DNA of 61,102 nucleotides from Rickettsiales bacterium (GTDB lineage Bacteria; Pseudomonadota; Alphaproteobacteria; Rickettsiales; UBA1997): NCBI GenBank assembly GCA_018969185.1, contig JAGWYT010000004.1, positions 1 to 61,102 of the forward strand, read 5' to 3'. Shown piece by piece: positions 50,846 to 61,102 of this stretch (position 1 is its first letter; each line of letters starts with the position of its first letter). The notes under the pieces were generated by a model. It saw only the letters and a program-made list of their open reading frames with translations, ran no database searches and was not told where the DNA came from. The position numbers and the translations under genes were made by a program.

Positions 50846-50871
50846 GATCCTGAAATAAGTTCAGGATGACG
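50846..50871. repeat. Half-element of a REP-like palindrome related to family 1
   Basis: GATCCTGAAATAAGTTCAGGATGACG shares the TCAGGATGAC terminus. Confidence 0.65.
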
Positions 50872-50878
50872 CTATGCG

Positions 50879-52192
<1,314 letters not shown>

Positions 52193-52275
52193 TTAGCGAA
52201 GTGTAAAGTACAGGAAATACAACTGGACTTTTATAAGAATTTTAGACCAAAAAGATGAAAAAAAAATGGACAGTC

Positions 52276-53025
52276 TCATGCTATCGGAGCAATAATTAGA
52301 TAGGCGAATGGTATGATTAGACAATAACCAAAGCTATTGCGTTTCTTTTTATTTGGAATATCCAATAAAAGGATAATTGACATTGTAAGCATTACAGAAA
52401 AGAAGTAGAATAAAAATAATTCTAATTTGAAACAAACACTGCTAATCAAAATAAATTTTGTATAGTCAAAAGATTGATGCTGGCTTGCAAATAAGCCATC
52501 ATTTTTCTTATAAAAAACTTGATAAAAAATTGTAGCAAAAATTACTCCAATTGCAGCAGAGAAAACAGCATCAACTGTTGTGCCATCTTGTAAAACACGG
52601 TTAGAAAGGCCAAACATTAATACAAAATTTAAAATTGGTGTTGGAAATTTTTTATGAGTAAAATCGCAAGCAAGAAGGATTATAAGACCAGTAAAAATTA
52701 ATGAATAAATCATAAAACTTTCACTAAGACCAAATTTTAAATAACAAGCTACAAAAGAAATAGTTGTTGAGAGCTCAATGAATAAGTGTGTGCGTGGAAT
52801 TTTGGTTTGACAAGTTTTGCATCTGCCAAGTGTGAAGAGCCAATTAATTAAAGGTATTAATTCACGAGTTCTGATAATTGTGTTGCAGCTTGGACATCTT
52901 GATTTCGGTCCGAAATATCTGCCAAAGCATGATTCCCCTAGTGGTAAACGATAAGCAAAAAGTGTTGCGTAAGAGCCAAATATTGCTCCAAATATTGCGG
53001 CAAATATTATTCCAATTATTTCCAT
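52276..53025 (-). CDS. pilD: Prepilin peptidase (A24A/PilD-like), divergent C-terminal half
   Basis: GSYATLFAYRLP, zinc motifs SRCPSC and GRCKTC, ACD first catalytic Asp region. Confidence 0.75.
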   Translation of the reverse strand: MEIIGIIFAAIFGAIFGSYATLFAYRLPLGESCFGRYFGPKSRCPSCNTIIRTRELIPLINWLFTLGRCKTCQTKIPRTHLFIELSTTISFVACYLKFGLSESFMIYSLIFTGLIILLACDFTHKKFPTPILNFVLMFGLSNRVLQDGTTVDAVFSAAIGVIFATIFYQVFYKKNDGLFASQHQSFDYTKFILISSVCFKLELFLFYFFSVMLTMSIILLLDIPNKKKRNSFGYCLIIPFAYLIIAPIA

Positions 53026-53068
53026 TTTATTTTTGATTAATGAGGTTTGAATCCGTTACTAATTTATT

Positions 53069-53566
53069 TTACTGCTTTTCCAAAAACAAAATTACATCAG
53101 CACGATCTTGCGGTTTCTTCAAACCAGCAAATCCCATTTTTGTGCCCGGAATAAAATCTTTTGGTTTGGTAATGAATTGGTCAATTGATTGTCTATCCCA
53201 AGCTCCACCTTTTTCAAGCATAGCTTTTGAATAAGTAAAACCAGACATTGAACCTCTTTTCCTACCAATTATGCCGTATAAATTAGGACCAACTTTTGCA
53301 GCTTCCCCTTTACCAAATGTATGACAAGAAGCGCATTTCTTGGCAATTTTAGCGCCGCGATCAAAATCTGCAGTTTTTAACAATGTTGCTAAATCAACAG
53401 GTTTCACTTCTTCTTTTACAGCTTTCCCATCAGCAGAAACAGCTATTTCAAAACCTCTTTTAACGGTTTTTTTTGGTTGATAAAATAGGTCTGCAAATAT
53501 TACAGCAAATGCTGCAACTAAAAAGGCAGAGGCAAAAGCAGTAGCGTAGAATTTAGGTTTTTCCAT
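53069..53566 (-). CDS. cycM: Membrane-anchored cytochrome c (c2/cM type)
   Basis: N-terminal TM, CASCH, KVGPNLYG, IPGTKMGF. Confidence 0.9.
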   Translation of the reverse strand: MEKPKFYATAFASAFLVAAFAVIFADLFYQPKKTVKRGFEIAVSADGKAVKEEVKPVDLATLLKTADFDRGAKIAKKCASCHTFGKGEAAKVGPNLYGIIGRKRGSMSGFTYSKAMLEKGGAWDRQSIDQFITKPKDFIPGTKMGFAGLKKPQDRADVILFLEKQ

Positions 53567-53571
53567 TTTAA

Positions 53572-54504
53572 CTAAACGAACAAGGTTGAAACTGATTTTT
53601 CAAGAGAGATATTATTAATTGCTTCTCCAATAAGATGAGCAATATTTATAATTTTAATATTTTTAACTGCCAGAGTTTCTTTATTTGGCTCAATTGAGTT
53701 AGTAATTACTAAATTTTTTAATTTTGAATTAGCAATTTTTTCACAAGCTTTTCCTGACAAAACTCCGTGAGTAATATAAGCCGAAACTGAAGTTGCACCT
53801 TTTGCAATCAAGGCATCTGCGGCATTACATAAAGTGCCTCCAGAATCAACCATATCATCAACAATTATACAATTTCTTCCTTCAACTTCACCAATAATAT
53901 TCATAACTTCACTAACTCCGGCTTTAGGGCGGCGCTTGTCAACAATAGCAAGTTCAGCACCAATTTTGCCAGCAATTTCTCTTGCTCTAACAAGTCCGCC
54001 AACGTCAGGAGATACCACAACTAAATTCTTATCACTAAAATTATTTTTTATATCTTTAATAAAAACTGGTGCGGCGTAAAGATTATCAACGGGAATATCA
54101 AAAAATCCTTGAATTTGACCAGCGTGTAAATCAAGTGTAAGGACTCGATCAGCGCCTGCAGAAGTAATAATATTTGCCACTAATTTTGCTGAAATTGGTG
54201 TGCGTGGTGCAACTTTACGATCTTGCCTTGCATAGCCAAAATAAGGAATAACTGCAGTAATTCTACGTGCTGAGGCACGTCGTAAAGCATCAATTACAAT
54301 CAGCAATTCCATGATATTATCATTTGCAGGAAAAGAAGTTGATTGAATTACAAAAATATCTTCACCGCGAACATTTTCTTTAATGTCAACAAACACTTCC
54401 ATGTCGGCGAATTTTTTAACTTCAGCGTCAATGAGGCTTATATTTAAATATTTAGCAATTTCTTGTGATAAAGTTTTATTACTATTACAAGCTAAAAGTT
54501 TCAT
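53572..54504 (-). CDS. prs: Ribose-phosphate pyrophosphokinase
   Basis: [39 protein letters not shown]. Confidence 0.98.
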   Translation of the reverse strand: MKLLACNSNKTLSQEIAKYLNISLIDAEVKKFADMEVFVDIKENVRGEDIFVIQSTSFPANDNIMELLIVIDALRRASARRITAVIPYFGYARQDRKVAPRTPISAKLVANIITSAGADRVLTLDLHAGQIQGFFDIPVDNLYAAPVFIKDIKNNFSDKNLVVVSPDVGGLVRAREIAGKIGAELAIVDKRRPKAGVSEVMNIIGEVEGRNCIIVDDMVDSGGTLCNAADALIAKGATSVSAYITHGVLSGKACEKIANSKLKNLVITNSIEPNKETLAVKNIKIINIAHLIGEAINNISLEKSVSTLFV

Positions 54505-54593
54505 TTGTTGATTTTTGACTTTTGATAATTAATTTGAGGCTTTCCTAAGCTATTTATAAACTAGCTTTATTAGCCAATTAATCAACAAAATTT

Positions 54594-55028
54594 ATGGAAG
54601 AAATTGAAATTTATGATGTGATAAAAATTTTTCACATAGTTGCAGTAATGTCTTGGATTGCGGGGCTATTATATTTGCCACGTATTTTTGTTTATCACAC
54701 CCAAGTAAAACAAGGTTCTGAAGCGGATAAGATCTTTCAAGTAATGGAAAGAAAATTACTGCGCTATATTATGTTGCCTTCAATGATTTTGGTTTTTGCT
54801 TTTGGACTTTATTTAGCAAATGAAATTGGTTTTGATTTGGTTTGGCTTCATATCAAGATTACCCTTGTTTTATGTCTTGCCGGCTATCATGGATTTTTAT
54901 CAAAATGTCGTAAAAATTTTGCTAATGGTAAAAATAAACATAGCGAAAAATTCTATCGAATTATCAATGAACTACCGATTTTAGTGGTGTTTGCTATTGT
55001 TTCTTTAGTTGTTTTAAAACCTTTTTAA
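54594..55028 (+). CDS. hemJ: Protoporphyrinogen IX oxidase HemJ
   Basis: KIFHIVAVMSWIAGLLYLPRIFVYH, WLHIK, RIINELP, VVLKPF. Confidence 0.93.
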   Translation: MEEIEIYDVIKIFHIVAVMSWIAGLLYLPRIFVYHTQVKQGSEADKIFQVMERKLLRYIMLPSMILVFAFGLYLANEIGFDLVWLHIKITLVLCLAGYHGFLSKCRKNFANGKNKHSEKFYRIINELPILVVFAIVSLVVLKPF

Positions 55029-55035
55029 AACTTTT

Positions 55036-55182
55036 TGTCATGCCGGACAAACAATTTCTTAGTTGGCTTGTCAACTTAGAAATTGTAGATCCGGTATCCA
55101 TTGGCTTTTTCATATGGATTGTGGATGAAGTATTTCTAAGAATCGCTTTGCGATCTTAAGAAATAGTATCTACGCAATGACA
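55036..55182. repeat. REP-like doublet with nested hairpins
   Basis: TGTCATGCCGGAC-[ACAATTTCT...AGAAATTGT]-GATCCGGTATCCA, then TGGATTG...[insert]...GCAATGACA. Confidence 0.72.
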
Positions 55183-55207
55183 AACCCCAAGAACTTAAAA
55201 TATACAA

Positions 55208-55789
55208 ATGGATAATTTAGTTAAAATTACAGAAAAAAGCTTTGGTGTGTTGCTTGATTTGCGTTATGCTACAACCAACAATGTTTGTGGTCATAAGCTT
55301 TATGCAGAAAGCGTTTGTTACCTTCATCAAGATGCTGCAGATCTATTGCGAAAAGCAGTTTTTATAGCAAAAAAACAAGGATTAAAATTAAAAATTTTTG
55401 ATGGTTTTAGACCGATAGAAGTGCAGAGATATATGTTTAATAAATTTCCTTCTGATGATCCTCACGGTGGTTTTATTTCAAATCCTAAAGATGGTGCAAT
55501 TCCACATTGCCGCGGTGTGGCGATTGATTTAACTTTAGTAAATATTATTGATGGCAAAGAGCTTGATATGGGTTGTGATTTTGATGAATTTTCGTCTCTT
55601 GCTTATCATAATTGTCGTGAAATTTCTTCATTAGCGGCGAAGAATCGCTTAACTTTGTTAAATATTATGACAGAAGCTGGTTTTGATTTTTATTCAAAAG
55701 AATGGTGGCATTATCAACTTTTTAAACCACGCGAATATAAGGTAATAGAGACTCCACAGGAAATGATTTTGGTAAAAAATGGATTATAG
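55208..55789 (+). CDS. ddpX: D-alanyl-D-alanine dipeptidase (peptidase M15D)
   Basis: DLRYATTNN, IFDGFRP, HCRGVAIDLTL, LDMG, EWWHY. Confidence 0.93.
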   Translation: MDNLVKITEKSFGVLLDLRYATTNNVCGHKLYAESVCYLHQDAADLLRKAVFIAKKQGLKLKIFDGFRPIEVQRYMFNKFPSDDPHGGFISNPKDGAIPHCRGVAIDLTLVNIIDGKELDMGCDFDEFSSLAYHNCREISSLAAKNRLTLLNIMTEAGFDFYSKEWWHYQLFKPREYKVIETPQEMILVKNGL

Positions 55790-55837
55790 CATATCCCAAA
55801 TTTCTTGACCCGATTAACAAATTCGGGATATGCTATA
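55785..55837. repeat. Long inverted repeat overlapping the ddpX stop (hairpin/terminator)
   Basis: TATAGCATATCCC-AAATTT...AAATT-CGGGATATGCTATA. Confidence 0.6.
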
Positions 55838-55864
55838 TAATTTTTAATAACTTAGGTAAAAAAT

Positions 55865-56608
55865 ATGTTTGAAGAAGGTTCTACTAGTTATTAGGATGAA
55901 GCTCTTAAGAAGAATTTTTTTAGAAAATTTGCAGATAGATCAAATATTGAACAAATTCATGAGATGATTGAAAAAGATCCTTGGTTAGTTACAGCAAGGG
56001 ATAAAAATGGAAATACCGCTCTTCATCACGCAGTATTTGGAGGTGATGTCAATAAAATCAAATATCTTTGTGGTGAAGAATTTAAAACATCATCAGGAGA
56101 CACATTCAGAATTGTTGAGAGGGTTGATGTTAATGCTTGTAACAATTATGGTAACAGTGCTCTTCACACTCTTTCTAACAAGCCAGAGGTTAGTTATGAT
56201 ATCATAAAATTTTTAGTTCGTAAAGGTGCTAAATTGTCTAACAATAAAGATGGCAGAAGTCCTTCTGACATTGCTAAAGAAAACGGAAGGCATGATTTGG
56301 TTTATTTTTTTAGAAGTGTACATAAGAAATCTAAATTATCAAATAAGCTTGGTCGAATTGAAGAAGAAACTGCAGAAGACTTATTAGATAATATATCAAA
56401 AGCAGAATCTAAACAAGAAACATTAGAAGGAAGACCAAGTGAGGAATCACAATATTCAGAAGTAGAAGAATTTAGAAAATCGGATTCATCATCAGATATA
56501 ATATTAGAAGGGGTTGTTGAAAGCAAGCAGGTTGATTCTCCAAGTCCAGTCACTGAATTAAGAGAAGGAGTAGCAGTTGTTGATTCAGAAAATGAAAATT
56601 ATCATTGA
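55865..56608 (+). pseudogene. Ankyrin-repeat protein 1, N-terminus interrupted by in-frame TAG at 55892-55894 (intact ORF 55964-56608)
   Basis: DKNGNTALHHA and NNYGNSALH repeats; the upstream frame MFEEGSTSY*DEALKKNFFRK aligns with the paralog's LERESIKKNFFRR. Confidence 0.65.
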
Positions 56609-56634
56609 AATAATTTCAAAATTAAAAATCAATT

Positions 56635-57189
56635 ATGAGAAGTACCATTAGCTTAGAAAGAGAAAGTATAAAAAAGAATTTTTTTAGAAGAGTAAGAAGC
56701 AAAAAAATTGGAGTTCAAGAAATTTCGCAATTAGTTGAAGAAAATAATTGGCTAGTTGGTGAGGTTGATAGAAGTGGAAACAATGCTCTTCACTACGCAG
56801 CACTATCTGGCAATATGGATAAAGTGAATTATTTTTTAGGAGAAAGAGTAAATCTTATTCATTCTGGCGAATCTGGAATTGCAACTATAATTACAATAAA
56901 AATGCCTGATTCTATCAGTCCAATTGATTCTCTAGCTTTAAATAGTTCTGGGCATAATGCGATTCACTACTTCAATTGCGAAGGTGTAGATGCTGATTTT
57001 GAATATAAAAAGAAAATAAAAAAATCTAAAAATATTGAATCTGTAGCGATTATAGCAGATGGTAAAGGCTCAAGTGAGGAGGGTTCTTATTTTCCTAAGA
57101 TTAGCGGACCTGGTCCAAAACCGGCCACTCCAGTAAGTGCAGAGGTAAAAAATGTTGGTGTTAAGTTTCCTTCAATAACAGGAAAGTAA
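56635..57189 (+). CDS. Ankyrin-repeat protein 2
   Basis: DRSGNNALHYAALSG and NSSGHNAIHY; N-terminus paralogous to ankyrin protein 1. Confidence 0.8.
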   Translation: MRSTISLERESIKKNFFRRVRSKKIGVQEISQLVEENNWLVGEVDRSGNNALHYAALSGNMDKVNYFLGERVNLIHSGESGIATIITIKMPDSISPIDSLALNSSGHNAIHYFNCEGVDADFEYKKKIKKSKNIESVAIIADGKGSSEEGSYFPKISGPGPKPATPVSAEVKNVGVKFPSITGK

Positions 57190-58095
57190 AGCGTAAAGCG
57201 TTGATAAATAAGGCGAGGCGATTGATTTTTCTTTAGAGAATTTAACTGCATTACCTAAAATTGCTTCAACTTCCATTGGTCTTTTTGCCTCAAAATCAAG
57301 TAACATGCTGGTTTTGTAAGGCTTCATTTCTTCAGTTAATCTTATGTTATTTGCAACAATGTCCTGCGGTAACTCATGGCCATCAGCCTTTGCTAAAATT
57401 GCCACTTCTTGCATTACATTTTTTGCTAAATTTTTAACATTTTCATTATCAAGAATTTTTCTGGTATCAATGCCGCCGGCAATAACAGAAATTGGATTAA
57501 ATGCAGCATTCCAAACCAATTTTCTCCAGCGTTCTTTTTGAATTTCAGAGCTTGTTTCACAAGGCACGCCAGATTTTTCTAATAGTTCGATAAAAATTTC
57601 TGTTTTCTTGCTAATGCCATTTGGAAAATCACCAATAATTAATCTGCCATAATCTTGGTGATAGATTTTTCCAGTTCCAACTCTGCTTACAGCAATAAAA
57701 GCAAGAATACTAATCAAATGATTATTTGGAAATGCTGCAGCTACAGGTTTCTCAATGTGAATTCCATTTTGTAATAAAACAATTGAAGAGTTTTGATATA
57801 AAACTGGTTTGATTAAATCAATTGCTGAGCTTTCTGGCAGCACCTTAGTTGTGACTAAAATAAAATCAGCTTTGTCTTCATATTCGGCAACACTTCTTAG
57901 AACTTTATGTGGTTTGAAATTAAATTCTTTTTCATGCCAGTGGCTTTTAATTGTGAAGCCATTTTCTTTGATAAATTCATAATCAGAACGGCAAATTATT
58001 GACACTTCTGCGCCAGCATCAGCAAGCTTCGCGCCATAAAATCCACCAATTGCACCAGCTCCGATAATAAGAATTTTAGTTGGATTGTTTATCAT
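57172..58095 (-). CDS. panE: 2-dehydropantoate 2-reductase
   Basis: IGAGAIGG, LLQNG, WRKLVWNAAFN, TSMLLD, EVEAILG. Confidence 0.9.
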   Translation of the reverse strand: MINNPTKILIIGAGAIGGFYGAKLADAGAEVSIICRSDYEFIKENGFTIKSHWHEKEFNFKPHKVLRSVAEYEDKADFILVTTKVLPESSAIDLIKPVLYQNSSIVLLQNGIHIEKPVAAAFPNNHLISILAFIAVSRVGTGKIYHQDYGRLIIGDFPNGISKKTEIFIELLEKSGVPCETSSEIQKERWRKLVWNAAFNPISVIAGGIDTRKILDNENVKNLAKNVMQEVAILAKADGHELPQDIVANNIRLTEEMKPYKTSMLLDFEAKRPMEVEAILGNAVKFSKEKSIASPYLSTLYALLSCY

Positions 58096-58120
58096 ATATG
58101 AATTATTTCTTGAAGAATTA

Positions 58121-58315
58121 AATCCTCCGTCACGCGCTTCGCGCGCGACACCTCCTTTTTACTTAGAATTTATTTTTTCTAAGTAAGAAGTTGCAATCGC
58201 TAAAGCGATTGTCAAAGGAGGTAGGCACAGCAAATTCTGTTTTTTACAAAAGGTTTTTAACCCTCTTTGAAAAAGAGGGTGGATCAAAATGCGAAGCATT
58301 TTGAGACGGGTGATT
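58121..58315. repeat. Family-3 nested palindrome (58121-58222) plus inverted partner unit (58260-58315)
   Basis: AATCCTCCGTCACGCGCTTCGCGCGCGACACCTCCTTTT...CAATCGC-TAAA-GCGATTG-TCAAAGGAGGT; ACCCTCTTTGAAAAAGAGGGT...GGGTGATT. Confidence 0.85.
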
Positions 58316-58323
58316 TAACATTT

Positions 58324-58758
58324 TTACTCCCAGCCAATAACTGAATAACCTTGCTTTGCCAAGCAATTTGTAACATAATTTTGTTTGATTTGATCAGGAG
58401 ATAATTTTCCTTCTCCCGCAACAGACAATCCTCCTGCAACTGCTCCAACACCAGCTCCAACTGCAAGACCTTTTAATAAGGCTTTGCTATCACCACCAAC
58501 AACAAAGCCAAAAATTCCACCAAAAATTGCACCAATAGCACCTTTCCTAGCGGCTTCTTTAGCTGCTCTACGAGCTTTATATTGTTTTAAATAATCATCA
58601 GCTTCATTAGTGCATCTTTCAATATTTTGATCATTTTCTTCTTTGTTACTTTGTAAATAACGATCATTCTGATCAAGAATAGGGCGGTATGAGCAAGAGA
58701 GGGTTGTTATAAGCAGAGAGATTATTAAAATTTCCTTAAAGATGTTTTCTAGTTTCAT
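58324..58758 (-). CDS. Glycine-zipper lipoprotein
   Basis: Lipobox TLSC, GAIGAIFGGIFG / GAGVGAVAGG zipper, C-terminal CLAKQGY. Confidence 0.75.
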   Translation of the reverse strand: MKLENIFKEILIISLLITTLSCSYRPILDQNDRYLQSNKEENDQNIERCTNEADDYLKQYKARRAAKEAARKGAIGAIFGGIFGFVVGGDSKALLKGLAVGAGVGAVAGGLSVAGEGKLSPDQIKQNYVTNCLAKQGYSVIGWE

Positions 58759-58791
58759 ATTATTATGTATGAAATACTTTCATTTAGGCAT

Positions 58792-58842
58792 GAGATCTTT
58801 CGCCAAGAATTTGTAAAACAAATTCTATGGCTCAAGATGACA
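58792..58842. repeat. Family-1 right half-element with nested hairpin
   Basis: GAGATCTTTCGCC-AAGAATTTG-TAAAA-CAAATTCT-ATGGCTCAAGATGACA. Confidence 0.78.
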
Positions 58843-58856
58843 GAAATAATAATTAC

Positions 58857-60818
58857 TTATTTTTTACCAGCAAACATTGAAAATATTGAACCAATAATAG
58901 ATGATTTTTTATTATTATAATCATTTCTATTATTGTTATTTCTTCTGCGATCACGATTGTTCTTTCTAAATTTATCGCGTTTTTTGCGATTGTAAAAATT
59001 ATTATCGTCAGAATTTCCAGAATCCTTTTCATCTGAATAATTATCAAAATAGCTTTTTTCTAAACCAAGTTGATTAACTTTTCCAGTTGCAACTTCCATT
59101 TCAAGTTCTCTTCTTTCTTCGTCAGATAAGCTTTTTCTCTTTTTTATTGTAAAGCCTTGGCTACCAACATCTTCGCTAACATGCATGAAGATGTGAACAT
59201 TATAATTATTTTCAGTTGAGATGATTTCTTTTCTCTTATAATTCATCATGTAAGCGATAACTTCATTAGTGGTGTAAACATAAATTACACCCACTTGATT
59301 ATCAGCACAAGCATGACGAATTGAACGTAAAATGCTTACTGCAAGAATTTCAACCGAACGAACATAACCAGTCCCACTGCAGTGTTTACAAGGTTCGGTG
59401 ATGGTTTCAAAAAAGCTTGCTCCAAGTCTTTGACGTGACATTTCTAAAAGACCAAAAACACTAATGCGACCAAGTTGAATGCGGGCACGATCATTTTGTA
59501 ATTCATCACGTAATGCTCTTTCAACATTACGACGATGTTTTTGATCATACATATCAATGAAATCAATAACAACCAAACCAGCCAAATCTCTAAGGCGTAG
59601 CTGTTTGGCTACTTCTTTCACTGCTTCAAGATTTGTATAAAATGCAGTTTCTTCAACACCACTTTCTTTAGTAGCACGTCCTGAGTTAACGTCAATTGCA
59701 ACCAATGCTTCAGTGTGATCAATTACAATTGATCCGCCAGAAGGAAGTAAAATTTGTTTTTCGTAAAGTGAAGAAATTTGTTGTTCAACACGATATTTAT
59801 TGAAAATTGGAACGCGTTCTTCGTGTAATTTTATATTATGATTTCCACTAGGCATTGTAAGCTTAATGAAGTTAATCACTGTGTCAAAAGCTGATTTGCC
59901 GTCAACTACAACTTCACTAACTTGTTCATTATAAACATCTCTGATGCATCTTTTAATTACATCATCTTCAGCATGTATGAAAGAAGGGGCGCGTGAAGTT
60001 TTTGAAGCTTCTCTGATGCTGTCCCACAATCTTGAAAGATATTCATAATCACGTTTAATATCTTCTGGTTTTTTACCAACACCAGCGGTTCTAACAATAA
60101 CTGATCTATCTTCAGGAATATTTAAATCATTTAAAATTGATTTAAGAATTTTGCGATCACGGAAATTATCAACTTTTTTAGAAACTCCACCTTTATTTGG
60201 TGTGTTTGACATTAAGACACAATATTTACCAGCAAGTGAAATATAAGTGGTCATTGACGCACCTTTATTACCTCTTTCTTCTTTAGTAACTTGCACCAAA
60301 ACCAATTGTCCTGGTTTAATTACATCCTGAATATTATAGCGACGATAAATATTATGAATATTTCCTGAATAATTTTCAGTTTCATCTTCTACTGAATATG
60401 AGCCAGTAACAAATGATTCATGACCATCATCATGATCATCAGAACGATTTTCACGATTATTATTTTGGTTATTTTGACGATTGTTATTGTTGTAATGATG
60501 TTCATCATCATCATGTTTTGGTTGCTGACTTTCTCGATTTGATTCGCGTAATTTTTGCTTTTCGCTTTCAGAAAGATTGTAATAATCAGGGTGAATATCA
60601 GCAAATGGTAAGAAGCCGTGACGGTTGCCGTCATAATCAACGAAAGCGGCTTGAAGAGATGCTTCTACTCTGGTAATCTTTGCAAGATAAATATTGCCTT
60701 TGATTTGTTTGATGGCAATGGCTTCACGATCAAAATCCTGTAGGATTCCGTCTTCTAATACAGCAACACGTGTTTCTTCACGATGAGCTGCATCGATTAA
60801 AATTGTTTTGTTGGACAT
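58857..60818 (-). CDS. rne: Ribonuclease E/G family, short form
   Basis: ILIDAAHREETRVA, KGNIYLAK, HGFLPF, QVTKEERGNKGA, AIDVNSG, VIDFIDM, CKHC zinc link. Confidence 0.96.
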   Translation of the reverse strand: MSNKTILIDAAHREETRVAVLEDGILQDFDREAIAIKQIKGNIYLAKITRVEASLQAAFVDYDGNRHGFLPFADIHPDYYNLSESEKQKLRESNRESQQPKHDDDEHHYNNNNRQNNQNNNRENRSDDHDDGHESFVTGSYSVEDETENYSGNIHNIYRRYNIQDVIKPGQLVLVQVTKEERGNKGASMTTYISLAGKYCVLMSNTPNKGGVSKKVDNFRDRKILKSILNDLNIPEDRSVIVRTAGVGKKPEDIKRDYEYLSRLWDSIREASKTSRAPSFIHAEDDVIKRCIRDVYNEQVSEVVVDGKSAFDTVINFIKLTMPSGNHNIKLHEERVPIFNKYRVEQQISSLYEKQILLPSGGSIVIDHTEALVAIDVNSGRATKESGVEETAFYTNLEAVKEVAKQLRLRDLAGLVVIDFIDMYDQKHRRNVERALRDELQNDRARIQLGRISVFGLLEMSRQRLGASFFETITEPCKHCSGTGYVRSVEILAVSILRSIRHACADNQVGVIYVYTTNEVIAYMMNYKRKEIISTENNYNVHIFMHVSEDVGSQGFTIKKRKSLSDEERRELEMEVATGKVNQLGLEKSYFDNYSDEKDSGNSDDNNFYNRKKRDKFRKNNRDRRRNNNNRNDYNNKKSSIIGSIFSMFAGKK

Positions 60819-61102
60819 TTATAAATTCCTTAAAATTGTTTAAATTCAAGAAAGCAGCAAATTCGGTAATCGCATTATGAGCTTTAGGTTTTACAAGCTT
60901 AATTAGTAATATGATTATGAAATTAAATATTGCTTCCATATAGGGGTAAATTTTGGCAAAAAGCCTGAAATCAGTTTGTTTTTTTAACTAAAATTCCTTG
61001 AGTCCAAAAAAGACTCTGTTTTTCAACTTATTATGATTTAATTAATTAAGCTAGTTTTTATTTTTTACTTATGCAGATTTGAGTCAATCCAACTTAAATA
61101 AG

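Noticed and set aside
55892-55894. Pyrrolysine or programmed read-through at the ankyrin TAG
   Set aside because: No pyl genes or supporting signal in the window, and many normal genes here end in TAG; a nonsense change or error is simpler.
60400-60520. Triplet-like repeats (CAT/TTG/ATT) in rne
   Set aside because: Low-complexity Asp/His/Asn coding sequence in the S1-domain insert, not a separate repeat element; overlapping small ORFs are shadows.

Overview
AT-rich chromosomal window from an alphaproteobacterium, most consistent with a deep-branching Rickettsiales-like lineage. The evidence is the unlinked 16S and 23S-5S rRNA genes, Rickettsia-type gshA, alphaproteobacterial tRNA-Leu/tig and rpsF-rpsR-rplI synteny, and ankyrin proteins, together with retained thrC, pccB, ahcY and panE. 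The lineage call is inference. Most genes are housekeeping. Main points of interest: (1) A four-gene minus-strand cassette at 32.4-38.8 kb. Two CqsS/LqsS-type quorum-sensing hybrid kinases flank an OleA/PpyS-like ketosynthase-III instead of the usual CqsA/LqsA synthase, and a stand-alone receiver protein and a duplicated upstream DNA box accompany them. This is a candidate undescribed cell-cell signalling circuit. (2) Two tandem orphan proteins (26.6-29.1 kb) with a degenerate mitochondrial-carrier (SLC25)-like threefold pattern. (3) At least three families of dispersed palindromic repeats. One inserts in frame into queE and into a kinase, adding the same ~31-aa peptide, and two families carry interchangeable nested hairpins. 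(4) A relBE-type toxin-antitoxin pair translationally coupled to smpB. (5) Candidate secreted effectors with a similarly placed C-terminal motif, and an ankyrin gene interrupted by a TAG. No CRISPR array, transposase or integrase was seen. All protein family calls come from motif recognition by eye; no database search was run.
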